A stretch of 61,847 nt of DNA, filler included. It is 5 parts of 5 records of this genome, joined end to end, with 100 filler letters (N's around TTAATTAATTAA, not from the genome) between each part and the next. Parts side by side here need not be neighbours in the genome. Positions count along the whole stretch, not along the records: positions 50,623 to 56,314 come from SRR2962707_1465; positions 56,415 to 61,847 come from SRR2962707_1506; 3 more parts are not named here. One strand, 5' to 3'. The notes below the pieces were generated by a model. It saw nothing but the letters and a program-made list of their open reading frames with translations. It ran no database searches and had not been told where the DNA came from. This document shows, piece by piece, positions 52,313 to 61,847 of the stretch. The position numbers and the translations under genes were made by a program. Positions within the stretch are counted from its first letter, which is position 1. Every line of letters starts with the position of its first letter.

Positions 52313-53803
52313 ATGAAGATGACTGAACGCCCGATCGCAATCATGTGGTTTCGAAATGATCTGCGTCTGGCCGACAATCCGGCATTGATGGCCGCGGTAA
52401 AATGGGCAGATCAGAATAATGGCGTGGTCTTGCCGGTCTTTATCCTTGATCGCGTTATTTCCGATCAACTTGGCGGGGCAACCCGCTGGTGGCTTGAAAA
52501 AAGCCTTATCGCCCTTAAAAACAGCCTGTCCGCGATCCGCAAGAATGATGCGGGTCCGATGGCGACTTTGCGGCTGTTCACGGGTGATGCGGGCAATATC
52601 CTTGAAAACATTGCAGACCAACATCCTGTTAAAGCCGTGTTTTGGAACCGGCTATATGACAGGCCGTCAACCAGCCGCGATACCGAGATCAAAACCACCC
52701 TGCACGATCGTGGCCTGACTTGCGAAAGCTTCAAGGCCAATCTTTTGTTTGAACCGTGGGAGGTTAAAACCGGGGCCGGTACAGATTTCAAGGTCTACAG
52801 CCCGTTCTGGCGTGCCTGTCAAAAACAACCATCCCCACGTGCGCCGCTTAAGGCACCTGAAAGCCTTGTCATTAGTGACATAAAGATAGACAGCGAAGTC
52901 GGGCTGGATGCCCTTGACCTTGCCCCGAAACCATTTAACTGGGCAACCGGCTTTGACGAACGGTTTACCCCCGGCGAACAGGGAGCGAAGGATCAGTTGT
53001 TTGATTTTATCGATGATCGTTTGGCCGATTATGCTGATCTGCGCGATCGCCCGGATCATCGCGTAACTTCGGAACTTTCCCCGCATTTGCGGTTTGGCGA
53101 AATAAGCCCCTATCAGGTGTGGCATACCGCCAGTCATTTTGCCGATGCCAATCCGGGCAAGGGGAAAACCGCCGCCAAATTCATGTCCGAACTGGGTTGG
53201 CGCGAATTTGCCCACCATATCCTGTTTCATGCCAAAGACCTGCGTAGTGTTCCGTTGAACGCAAGTTTCAAACATTTTCCATGGTCGAAAAATGAAGTTG
53301 CCCTTGAACGTTGGCAGCGCGGGCAAACCGGCTTTCCGATTGTCGATGCCGGAATGCGTGAACTTTGGCATACCGGCTATATGCACAATCGGGTGCGGAT
53401 GATTGTCGGATCAATTCTGGTCAAGCACCTTTTGATCCATTGGCGCGACGGGCTGGCGTGGTTTGATGACACGCTTGTCGATGCCTGTCCGGCCAACAAT
53501 GCGTTTTCATGGCAATGGATCGGCGGATGCGGTGCCGATGCCGCCCCCTATTTCCGGATATTCAATCCCGTCCTTCAGGGTGAAAAATTCGACCCCGACG
53601 GCGACTATGTCCGCCAATGGGTGCCGGAACTGCGCGACATGCCAGAAAAATTCATCCACAAACCGTGGGATGCCGGTCCCTTGATCCTGAAGGCCGCTGG
53701 CGTCACGTTGGGCGGCACCTACCCCGAACCCTTGATCGCACTGAAAGAAGGCCGTGAGCGCGCCCTGATCGCCTATCAGGACATGAAACAGGCAGCCAAC
53801 TAA
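52313..53803 (+). CDS. phrB: Deoxyribodipyrimidine photolyase (CPD photolyase/cryptochrome family)
   Basis: WFRNDLRLADNPAL, TSELSPHLRFGEISP, ELGWREF, TGYMHNRVRM, WQW..GCG.D..PYFRIFNP. Confidence 0.95.
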   Translation: MKMTERPIAIMWFRNDLRLADNPALMAAVKWADQNNGVVLPVFILDRVISDQLGGATRWWLEKSLIALKNSLSAIRKNDAGPMATLRLFTGDAGNILENIADQHPVKAVFWNRLYDRPSTSRDTEIKTTLHDRGLTCESFKANLLFEPWEVKTGAGTDFKVYSPFWRACQKQPSPRAPLKAPESLVISDIKIDSEVGLDALDLAPKPFNWATGFDERFTPGEQGAKDQLFDFIDDRLADYADLRDRPDHRVTSELSPHLRFGEISPYQVWHTASHFADANPGKGKTAAKFMSELGWREFAHHILFHAKDLRSVPLNASFKHFPWSKNEVALERWQRGQTGFPIVDAGMRELWHTGYMHNRVRMIVGSILVKHLLIHWRDGLAWFDDTLVDACPANNAFSWQWIGGCGADAAPYFRIFNPVLQGEKFDPDGDYVRQWVPELRDMPEKFIHKPWDAGPLILKAAGVTLGGTYPEPLIALKEGRERALIAYQDMKQAAN

Positions 53804-53823
53804 GCAAACACCGGGATCGGCTG

Positions 53824-55371
53824 TTACTTCCAGAAGATTTTCTGATCCCCAAACAGCTTGGCGGCTTCTTCAAGTCCCTGAAGCTTATGATCAGCGCGCG
53901 CGCCAAACCAACCTGATACCAGCCCCACCGCAATCATGCCGTCTTTTGACAATTGCGGGGAAAGCGCCATCAGACGGGCTTCTGCAACAGCGGCATCCTG
54001 AAGCTGTCCAAGGATTTCCTGCATATCGGTTAGCTTTGATCGGAATTTTTTGACTTTCTTGCTGCCATAGACCGCGCCAAAAAAGTCCGTCCCGTATCGC
54101 ATCTGCTTCACATCCAGACGCATGGCATGAAGTTGCGGGATGTTCAGCGATGCGATGTCACCACTTCGTTTGGTCACGCGTTTATAGGATCGGTCCAGAA
54201 GCGGTGCGGCCATCTCCGACACCGGTGCGGCCATGGCTTTCATCTGTTCGGCACTCGCCCCGGATGCCCAGCGCGAATAACTCGCCCACGCGCCAAGGAT
54301 CAAAAGCAACTGCCCATATTCCGGTTGATCAAGCATGGTCCGCGCCGTTGCCAAGGCATCTGCGCGTTGTTTTTGCGCTGCCACCCGCAATTCAGCGATA
54401 CCGGCATGGTCGGGGAAACGTTCTTCGATCATGGGCAAGGTTTCGCCAAGAAACACGTCCCAATCACGCAACCCGTCCAGACCTTTGGTACAAGTCTTTA
54501 GCAAGCGGCGCAGCAAGACCGCTTCACCAGCCGGCAGGTTTTTCTTAAACAGGTTCAAGGCAACGCGCAGGCGGCGCATGCCAACCCGCATTTGATGGCA
54601 CCCTTCAACATCAAGATCCTGCCGCACACAGACTTCGTTGCTCAGGATCATGCGCAGGCCTTGGGCCAACACCGCACGAAAGGCCGTTTCTGCCGACATA
54701 TCCTTGGTGAGCGCAACCGGATCTGCGCGATAGGCACCGGGCGTTTTACCAAGATAAAGGTCACGTCCCCGTGATGCCTTGGACCGCATGCTTAAAAGCA
54801 TCGGAACCGTGCGTTGCAATTCAAGTGCAAGGTCAAACAACGCGGCCGGATGGCCTTTTTTAAGTTCGAACTCGACTTCGGAAAGCGGGGTTTCCTTATC
54901 CCCCGCCCGGACGACACCCTGGTCAATTGCCATTTCCATGGTCGCATCGCGATAGGTCAAATCGACCGCGCTGCGTTTAAGATCACTTTCAAAGATGCGT
55001 TCGATCTTTTTCTTCTTAACAAACTTGTTAAGCAGCTTTTTGACAGCCTTGTCGGTGAACTTATCAAGATCGATTTCACCGTCTTCCAGTTCAACCGTCC
55101 ATTCATCGCGCGCAGGCAGGGCTTCTCGCAATCCATTGGACGTCTTGACCGTTTGCTCCCAACCCTTTGTGCCTTTTTTGCGCAGGCGCACGGCAATGCC
55201 TTTGCTGGCGAGTGAAAGCTTGGGCGTGTCATGATAGATCGAAACAAGATGGGTCGTGATCAGACGACGGCCTTCCTTGACCTCGCGCAGAACCGGCGCA
55301 TTTTTCAAACGCGCAACGTGTTTTGGATCGATGCGAAGTTTCAGTTCGATCTCGATCTGCTTCTCGGCCAT
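53824..55371 (-). CDS. CYTH plus CHAD domain protein (YgiF-like triphosphatase/polyphosphate-binding)
   Basis: EIELK, YHDTP, EQTVK, EVEFELK; HQMRVGMRRLR, LH.MR...K..RY, LG.LQD. Confidence 0.92.
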   Translation of the reverse strand: MAEKQIEIELKLRIDPKHVARLKNAPVLREVKEGRRLITTHLVSIYHDTPKLSLASKGIAVRLRKKGTKGWEQTVKTSNGLREALPARDEWTVELEDGEIDLDKFTDKAVKKLLNKFVKKKKIERIFESDLKRSAVDLTYRDATMEMAIDQGVVRAGDKETPLSEVEFELKKGHPAALFDLALELQRTVPMLLSMRSKASRGRDLYLGKTPGAYRADPVALTKDMSAETAFRAVLAQGLRMILSNEVCVRQDLDVEGCHQMRVGMRRLRVALNLFKKNLPAGEAVLLRRLLKTCTKGLDGLRDWDVFLGETLPMIEERFPDHAGIAELRVAAQKQRADALATARTMLDQPEYGQLLLILGAWASYSRWASGASAEQMKAMAAPVSEMAAPLLDRSYKRVTKRSGDIASLNIPQLHAMRLDVKQMRYGTDFFGAVYGSKKVKKFRSKLTDMQEILGQLQDAAVAEARLMALSPQLSKDGMIAVGLVSGWFGARADHKLQGLEEAAKLFGDQKIFWK

Positions 55372-55782
55372 GTTTGTCCCCTAGGCGTCTTTGTTCTGTA
55401 TGGCGTGGACGCCATCATCATATGGCTCAGTCCGAAAACGTCTTTTACTGCGGTACGCAGAAAGGGTAACGGACTGTAAAATTTTGGCAACAAAAGCGCC
55501 AAACTCTTTCCCAATCAAGTGCTAAACGAAAAAGAAGCGCTTTGCACAACGTGCTGTTTTCATTTGAAAGGGATTTCGCAAGCAGAGGTTCATTTAACCT
55601 AAATCGATCATCAATTTCATCGGATTTGAATGCGCACCGCCAATTATAAATGGAACCCAACATCAAAAGAGCGACGATTCTACGCATGTAACCGACGGCA
55701 AAACTGCAGACCGTGTTCGTTGGTTGCATAATCGCGACCGCCAGATAAAGTGGCTATGACAACATTGGATAATAGGTTCTCA

Positions 55783-56217
55783 ATGCAGATCAAAGTCTTG
55801 ACCGTCATCATAATGCTGGGAGCCACATCGTGGCTTGGCGGTTGTGCAACCCGACCTGATATTACGTATGAAGGGTGGATGGCTGAACAATCAGCCCCCA
55901 GCAGCCCCTACACAAAAAACAAGACAGTTAAAATTGACCTGAACTGGTCACGTATCGGGCCATTTTCGCGATATGACACATGGCTTAGATCCAGCGTGTT
56001 TGAGGGCCGGTTTGACATTCATGGCGCGCAGACCTGTGTTGGTAAGTTCGTGCGCAATGACGGGATGTTACCAGCCAATGGCTGGTGGGAAATTGTCTGC
56101 CCGGATAACAGCTTTGCTGGCGGTACTTTCCGCCTGACCCAAGAGGGCAATATCAATGCGACGGGTGCCGATGTAACCGGCGAGCAAGTTACCTTTGATC
56201 TGCCGATAGCCAATTGA
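55783..56217 (+). CDS. Hypothetical lipoprotein
   Basis: Hydrophobic leader with LGGC lipobox; two further Cys; start uncertain (55750-55783). Confidence 0.65.
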   Translation: MQIKVLTVIIMLGATSWLGGCATRPDITYEGWMAEQSAPSSPYTKNKTVKIDLNWSRIGPFSRYDTWLRSSVFEGRFDIHGAQTCVGKFVRNDGMLPANGWWEIVCPDNSFAGGTFRLTQEGNINATGADVTGEQVTFDLPIAN

Positions 56218-56245
56218 TCCGCAATGTAAACCAGTGACCAAAAGC

Positions 56246-56277
56246 AAAAAAACCCGGCCAATGGCCGGGTCTTTTTT
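56246..56277. terminator. Bidirectional rho-independent terminator
   Basis: AAAAAA-ACCCGGCCA-A-TGGCCGGGT-CTTTTTT. Confidence 0.88.
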
Positions 56278-56290
56278 GTCTTGGGAAAGA

Positions 56291-56314
56291 TGGTGCCCAG
56301 AGGCGGGTTCGAAC
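56291..56314 (-). tRNA. 3' end of a tRNA gene, truncated by contig end; acceptor and T-stem resemble alphaproteobacterial tRNA-Phe (Leu possible); anticodon not in window
   Basis: Minus strand GTTCGAAC-CCGCC-TCTGGGC-A-CCA. Confidence 0.8.
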
Positions 56315-56414
56315 NNNNNNNNNNNNNNNNNNNNNNNNNNNNNNNNNNNNNNNNNNNNTTAATTAATTAANNNNNNNNNNNNNNNNNNNNNNNNNNNNNN
56401 NNNNNNNNNNNNNN
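56315..56414. other. Artificial contig linker
   Basis: N44-TTAATTAATTAA-N44. Confidence 0.98.
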
Positions 56415-56802
56415 ACGAACGCACGCACGCACTCACTCACTCACGAGACCAACCTCACTTGTTGCTTCTCGTTTTTTTTGTTTTCCTTTCAGGTTTGTCG
56501 TCACTCTCAGCCGCGCGAGTGGCCACTTCTGACTCGGACTCTGGCCACTGATGCGCCGTCGTCCACGCTCCGTTACCTGTTCAGCATCTTTCCTTCACTG
56601 CTCCTCCGCTTCCACCTTTTTAATTCCACAACGTTTCCATTCGCTCTTTCTTTCGTTTTAATTTTTTTTGTTGTTTTCAACTGATTTTTTTTTTATTTTT
56701 TTTTGCAGTTTTCAATTTCGAATTCAATTTTTCTGATTCTTTCGGGACGAATTCAAAACCGAACAAGTAGGAAATAGAACCCAAATTCAAAACGTTCACG
56801 CC

Positions 56803-59244
56803 ATGTCATCCTCAACACCACCATCATCATCCACGGTGACGATCGCGGTGGAAGGCTGCGCTCACGGCGAGCTCGACGGTATCTACGCGTCACTGCTGGC
56901 CACGCAAGAGCGGCTGGGCTGCAAAGTTGATCTCTTGATCTGCTGCGGCGACTTCCAGGCAGTGCGCAACTTGGTGGACCTTCATAGCATGGCCTGCCCT
57001 GTGAAGTTCCTGTCGATGAACACGTTCTACAAATACTACAGCGGGGAGAAGGTGGCGCCTGTGCCCACGCTGTTCATCGGCGGCAACCACGAGGCGTCGA
57101 ACCACCTGCAGGAGCTGTACCACGGGGGCTGGGTGGCGCCCAATATCTACTATTTGGGCAATTCGGGCGTGGTGCGGTTTGGAGGATTGCGCATTGCAGG
57201 CATATCCGGCATTTTCAAATCGGGCGACTACCGCAAGGGCGTGTACGAGCAAATTCCGTACGACCGCAGCACGACCAGGTCAGTGTTCCACACGCGCGAG
57301 ATAGACGCGTTCAAGTTGGCGCAAGTGTCTGGTGCAGTGGACATTGGGCTCTCCCACGATTGGCCGCGGGGTGTCGCTCCCTACGGCGACACGCAGAGTT
57401 TGCTCAGGAAGAAGCCTTTCTTCAGGGAAGAGGTTTGGCCACTGACGCCGCTCCTGCTGCCTTCTTGAGTGGCTTGGCGCGTGATTCCTTATCCTTTGCG
57501 ATACTTGAATGTATGAGTGACACGGTTTGGTTGTTGTGTGCTGTTGTTGTTTTTGTACGGCATGTACCGCGGCTACCCCTGGTGAACAGATTGAACGTGG
57601 CGAGCTGGGAAGCATCCCCGCTGAGTTTCTCCTCCAGCATTTGAGACCCAGTTTTTGGTTTTCTGCTCATCTTCATGTCAAATTTGCTGCATTGTTGCCA
57701 CACGCGCCAAGGCCAGGCGACAAGGTAAAATTTTGAGCTTTGAATGACGCGACCGTTTCACTCTTGTATCTTTGCCCGTGTCTCAATAACAAAAGCAAAC
57801 AGATGTGTCAAATTTCCGGCGCGATCTGCAGCATTCTTGTTTGACTGTGCGATGCGTTGCCCTTTGTCCTCAGCTGCTGAATCAGCCGAGCGCGACAGCG
57901 CACCCTGCACTGGAAGGTGCGGCAACAGAAACAAGAACAGCAGTGCCAGCAGGCCTTGAGGATGAGAATGAAATTGACCTTGATGATGAGGACCTGCAAC
58001 ATGACGAAGGCGTTTGCGAGCCGGACGGTGCTGCAGGGTGCTGTGACAGTACTGACCATGCACAGGCCGGTCAAGCTGTACTTTCAGCGCCAGCAGATCC
58101 TTCTCAAGGTCATCCACCGACGCCAGTACTTGTTGCTGGTCGGCCGGTGCGAATTGCGCAGCATATGTTTCTGCCCGTGCTCTCCCTCTGCGGAACTCAG
58201 ATGTGGTACTGACACTGCGCCGCTTTTGTGTGTTCAAAGCTTCCGCTCGCCACAAAGTTTCTGGCATTGGACAAATGCCAGCACAGGCGACATTTTCTGC
58301 AAGTCCTTGAAATTCCGTGTCGCTCCGACGACGCTGCATGTGTGACATCTGGAGTGATGTCGCAAACTGCGATAGATGAGGACGACAACGAAATTGATCT
58401 CGAAGCCGCAGAGGCGGACGCTCCAGAGAGTGAGAAAAGTACAACAGAGGCAGCAAAGAATGACCGAGTGAAGCCTAGTTCGTTGGAGCTTTGCTACGAT
58501 GCAGAATGGCTAGCCATTTTACAAAAGACACATTCGTTGCTGACTCGACAGGCACGTCTCATGCGTGACGCCAATTACTTTTCGTCTGCATGAATCAAAA
58601 CCAGCTCAAAGAACGTGTGCTCGTTCACCACATTCTGTAGGTAAGAGCGCCTCCGTTGCCGGCCCGCTCGTTTCGTCCAAGCCAAGAGGAAGTCGCAGCG
58701 GTGGCCGCGCGGGCCGCCGCCTACCTCAACAACCCGGCAGGGGTTCCGCCGCTGAGAATCCCCCACAACTTCGCTGCAACTGCACCCGCGTATTCACCGC
58801 ATGGTCCAAGTAGTGTAAGTCGGTTGGTCATTGCATCGACCACCCATTCCGCGTGCAGCGCCTGTCCAAGTGTGCCTGACGTTCATACAATTCTTGCGAT
58901 TTGCTGCCCAGTCCATCAAAGTACGCCCTCCTGCGCAGGACTTTCTTGCAGCTCGGCGAGGCAGCCCGCAGACTGACTCGTTCCTTGCGATGTTAGGGCT
59001 GCCTCATGCTGTGACAATCCCATACGTGAAGCCTGCCGTGACCGTGCCAGCATCACGGTCTGGGATAGGAACAAACGCAGCCCCGTCGCCAAAGTCAGCT
59101 TCAACGAGAGAATTCCAGGGACTTGTGCCAATCCAGGTAATGATGCAAGCAGGGAATAATACCCAGGTGATACAACAACCCCAGAACGATATCACCAATG
59201 GCGGTAGCGATGATGAGAATGAAATCGACCTCGATGAGTTGTAG
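56803..59244 (+). CDS. DBR1: Lariat debranching enzyme, 6 exons (56803-57432, 57590-57724, 57874-58125, 58240-58551, 58641-58814, 58912-59244), about 611 aa
   Basis: [67 protein letters not shown]; phase-compatible introns. Confidence 0.93.
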
Positions 59245-59433
59245 ACCTTTATGGCGACGGCGGGTACGGGCAGATACCATCAATAAAACAAAACAAACGC
59301 GAAAACTAGAAACTTGCTCCAACAAACTCATCAAAAACTCAGATAACTTTACGTTCGTTGCGGATGCGACAGCATGCTTAGTCGCTCGCTTAAATGACAA
59401 CGAGTTGCGAGGCAAGCTCTCAGATTCCGATGT

Positions 59434-61777
59434 TTACGCGCGCTTGGCAAACTGCTGCAGCAACTGAAGATAGATTGCAGCTTCGCCAGACTTGCGAATG
59501 AATGTGATGCAGCCCTTCAGATTTGGGGACGGCTTTTCAATTTCAACGATGATCCGCACCGTCTGTGCCGTTGCAGCAGCCTGTCAACCATGCCACAAGC
59601 AACTTGTGAACACTTCGACTCGTGAAATTGTTGGCGATGACGGGGAAAACAGAAATCCAACAAACCTCCCCAACGCCTGTTCGGATGGCCACCTGGATTT
59701 GAATGAAGTTTGCCGCCTTTGATGTCTTGGACAGATCCATAATGTCGCTTGAATATCTAGCGACAAATGAACACGACACACAATGACGCTTCGGTTTTCA
59801 AAACTCAAAGATACGCGAATGTTGGCGTGAGCGGGCGTGGCTCAACAACCCACGCACTTGAGTTTCTCGACAACTTTGAAAATCGTTTGGCGCATAACTT
59901 CGGCAACTTGCTCCATGTACTGTTCTGGCTGGACACCCGTGGCTTCACCACCACTGTACGGCCTGTCCATCGACACGCAGTAGCACTAACGAATAAGAAC
60001 CCAACCAGCAGCAAAAAAAGTTTCGTCGTTTCGGTGCCAAACAGGCTCTGGGCGCAGAAGAAACGGACCATGCCACCATGTTCTTGTTCTTCCCGTAGCC
60101 TTTAATGCGCTTTTGCATTTCCTTTTCAAATCCTTGGTTTGAATCGCCCTCTGTGGTACCACGCTGGCTCAGCCAACGAAGTTTCGGGTTGGCATCGCGC
60201 TCACCCTTGACGGCCGAGATAAGTTCTGCCAGCGTCGGACGCTTGTGAAAATCGCGCACCAGCAGTGTGTCGAGGAAGTCCCGTTCACCTTCCGAAAAAT
60301 CCTCAGTCTGCAAGCACGGCACAAACAACGAACAGAGATGGCATGCAAGTCAAGCTGAGTTTGTGTGCGGCGGCGGCTGAGAGACAAATCAAAGCAAAAG
60401 GCACGGGCGCGGCGTCATGTGTAGACCTGGTAGTCACGCGTCCACTCGATACGAGCATACTTGCCGCCCGGAGAAATGCCTCGCAACCACTTTTCCCACT
60501 TTGCCCAGAAGCGGTCGTTGCTGCGTTTCGATTCTGCAGGCAAGCGGGGCATGCAACCGTGTCGAGGTGAGGATGCACATTGAGGGACAAGGTTTGAGCA
60601 AAGGCCGTGAGTCCGACAACTCGAGACTAGGCGCGGGCATGTGGTTCCGCGCGCCCATGTTGCAGAACATACCGGTCGCTTCAGTGAAGTCGTCAATGTG
60701 TGCCTTGAGCACATGCGTATCAAGCAGCGGCAAGCAGGTGCGCAGCTGGAAGTGGATGCACCCAATGGACCAGATGTCCGACTTTTCGCAGTCATACAGG
60801 CCTTGGCCTTTCTTTTGCGCGTAGTATCCCTTCACTTCGGGTGCCATTGTGTTGTCCGAACCCAAAACCGTCATCTACACAAGCACACACATCGCCCGGA
60901 CGAAGAGAGATTCGCCGAAATCAAGTAACATGGTAACAAAGTCGAGGCGAACAAGATGTCTGAAAAAGTGCTTGGCGCAGACAGGGACCAGCTGCATGTT
61001 CAAGAATCGCACCTCCCGATAGGAGGTGCCCCCTTCGAGATCCTTGATGTTGCCAATATCACCCAGAACCATCTGACCAAACTTGTTAAAAAGCAAGTTT
61101 TCGGCCTTCAGGTCACGGTGCAAGTAGCCGTGCATGCGAAGTGTAGCCATTGCCTCGATGACCATGATGGTCAACCGCCGTGCGTGGTTGGCACAGTACA
61201 CGACCGGCTTTTGGGTGGCATCTCCCGCGTTGGAGGACACAATACTGTCAAAGAGGTCTCCGTTTTCCGCAAGCTCCATGATGATGAGTTCCGCTTCAGC
61301 GTTCATGTACTTTGCCATGTCGCACAGAGCAAGGTAGTAGATGATGCGGCCAGAGTCGAACAGTTTCTGGGGCAGCTTGCGAGCCTTCTTGAACTCCTCG
61401 CTGTTGGCCATGCCCCGCACCCCAGGGCGCTCGTTGAACATGAACTTGACGGCCACCTGGAGGTCGGCGCCTTCAATGGTCGCCTTGAACACGATACCGA
61501 AGCGCCCGTAGCCCAAAATCTCCGTGCAGGTCAGGCGGAAGCCGTCCACCAGAAACGCAAAGTGGCGCCCGCCCTTGAGGAACTGCGGGTACAGGTCGGC
61601 CCGGAGCGTGGAGTTCTGCTGGAACTCGCGGAGATACATCGTGGAGCGGCGGTCGAAGGGCGTCGGCAGCACGTCCACGGTCCGGCCAATCATTTCTTTC
61701 GAGATGTACGGAAGGCGCCCGTTGCGCCCGTGGCCCAGGAACGGGTTTTTGATACGGTCGGCGGAAGGCTCTGCCAT
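59434..61777 (-). CDS. Eukaryotic Ser/Thr protein kinase, 7 exons (61777-61013, 60874-60673, 60533-60427, 60307-60069, 59962-59858, 59756-59666, 59580-59434), about 551 aa, possible C-terminal KA1-like domain
   Basis: LGYGRFG, VAVK, HRDLKAENLL, DIG, MAPE, DIWSIG, KRPT; total 1656 nt in frame. Confidence 0.82.
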
Positions 61778-61818
61778 CGTGCCTGCATGAGCAGCAGTTG
61801 CTGCGCTTGCAGGGCTGA

Positions 61819-61847
61819 CAGCAGCAGCAGCGGCAGCAGCAGCAGCA
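61819..61847. repeat. (CAG)n microsatellite at window end
   Basis: Read directly. Confidence 0.85.

Noticed and set aside
37228-56414. Bacteria-to-eukaryote horizontal transfer suggested by adjacent bacterial and eukaryotic genes
   Set aside because: Every switch coincides with an artificial linker

Overview
This window is not one genomic locus. It is five unrelated contigs joined by four artificial 100-bp linkers (N44-TTAATTAATTAA-N44 at 23771-23870, 37228-37327, 50523-50622 and 56315-56414). Contig 1 (1-23770) is a GC-rich alphaproteobacterial, Rhizobiales-like segment. It has housekeeping genes (oxoprolinase, HIT, GH25, MltB, CPA2, TRAP, MCP, PLP decarboxylase, DMT, amidase) and a phage-free module of three tandem tail-collar (MdpB-like) genes, a PLL-lectin-like beta-propeller, a GNAT and a DUF6916-like protein. 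That module is my best candidate for an uncharacterised system. The contig also carries an unannotated 25-aa membrane microprotein gene. Contig 2 (23871-37227) is alphaproteobacterial and holds a bufferin-type DUF2282/DUF692 RiPP pair with a sigmaF-type promoter, an ABC operon collapsed by deletions, an ECF sigma/anti-sigma/desaturase/DedA/MerA-like module, tesA-ybbAP and a diguanylate cyclase. Contig 3 (37328-50522) is eukaryotic, with an orphan ORF and a reconstructed 10-exon gene of about 3039 aa (CH domain, coiled coil, LRR). Contig 4 (50623-56314) is alphaproteobacterial: a MocR regulator whose PLP lysine is replaced by Arg, a photolyase, a CYTH-CHAD protein and a tRNA 3' end. Contig 5 (56415-61847) is eukaryotic: a 6-exon DBR1 and a convergent 7-exon Ser/Thr kinase. 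Product calls rest on motif recognition by eye; no database search was run. Exon models are manual and were checked only for frame consistency.
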